DNA of 64,000 nucleotides from Glycera tridactyla. Lineage: Eukaryota. Within the stretch, counting starts at the first letter, position 1, and every line of letters begins with the position of its first letter. The notes beneath the pieces are model-generated. The model saw only the letters and a list, made by a program, of their open reading frames with translations, ran no database searches and had not been told where the DNA came from. A program made the position numbers and the translations under genes. This document shows, piece after piece, positions 63,407 through 64,000 of this stretch. Location of the stretch: contig OZ286462.1 of assembly GCA_965644265.1 (NCBI GenBank), forward strand, positions 74,338,001-74,402,000, read 5' to 3'.

Positions 63407-64000
63407 CTAAAGGGGTGTAATAGTATTCATGTGTTTTGAAATGATTATTGTTCGGCGCAGGCGCAATGTCTGGAGAATGCCAGGAATGAAATTCTTCGCT
63501 CTACCACAATCTTTCCGCAATTCGTTGATCACGACAGCGAAACCTGTTTCACTAATTCACCTTGCCAGCTCTCTGCTACCAGGACCTGTCAGATCGCTGT
63601 TAAGAGGATTGTGTGTTAGTGGCAGTGGGCCCCATCGAGTTGTATTGAATTCAGATTGGTATTTATTGGGAGAGAGGAATTACATTGTCAGAGGTGCGTT
63701 AGCTTATCGAGCGAGCTGAGATATGGCGAACAGCCGATGACCCCGCCCCCTGTGAACCAGCCAGAAACTCATGCTCACAAAATGCCACTCTCTCTCTCTC
63801 TCTCTCTTCTCGTGCATCTCCCCAAATGCAGCCAACCTTCAAGTGGAATTAAACTCTGTCAAATCTAAAAATGGCGGGTATACGCGTTAAATTCAGTATT
63901 TCTCATCCGATTCGAGATCTAATTGCACAAGTGGGTTGTTTGGGATTACCGGCGATTATCGAACCTGATTTCGGGTAGGCTTTCAAAGAGGATACTCCCT

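Overview
Eukaryotic (metazoan-looking, probably marine invertebrate; inference) draft-assembly DNA with 8 N-gaps. Most of it is repeat-rich and CpG-depleted, and may be one ~46-kb intron between candidate host exons at 1-81 and 46471-46636. The only convincing full-length coding sequence is a two-exon Crypton-type (DUF3504-like) tyrosine recombinase gene (21168-21243 + 21448-22898) with an intact R-K-HxxR-H-Y catalytic set. It lies in an unusual setting. The left flank has two stem-loops, one resembling a recombinase core site. The right flank is an 862-bp cassette bounded by 137-bp inverted repeats that are 'flip' and 'flop' isomers of an imperfect GC-rich hairpin, and the cassette carries an inverted copy of the left-end motif. 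Other content: a ~6.36-kb near-identical tandem duplication (6871-13228/13229-19600) with its junction in a 66-bp minisatellite, a 210-bp tandem array beside a CpG-rich promoter-like block, the 3' coding end of an L2/CR1-group LINE, a dispersed decayed coding-like repeat of unknown identity, and many microsatellites. No rRNA, tRNA or CRISPR array can be supported.
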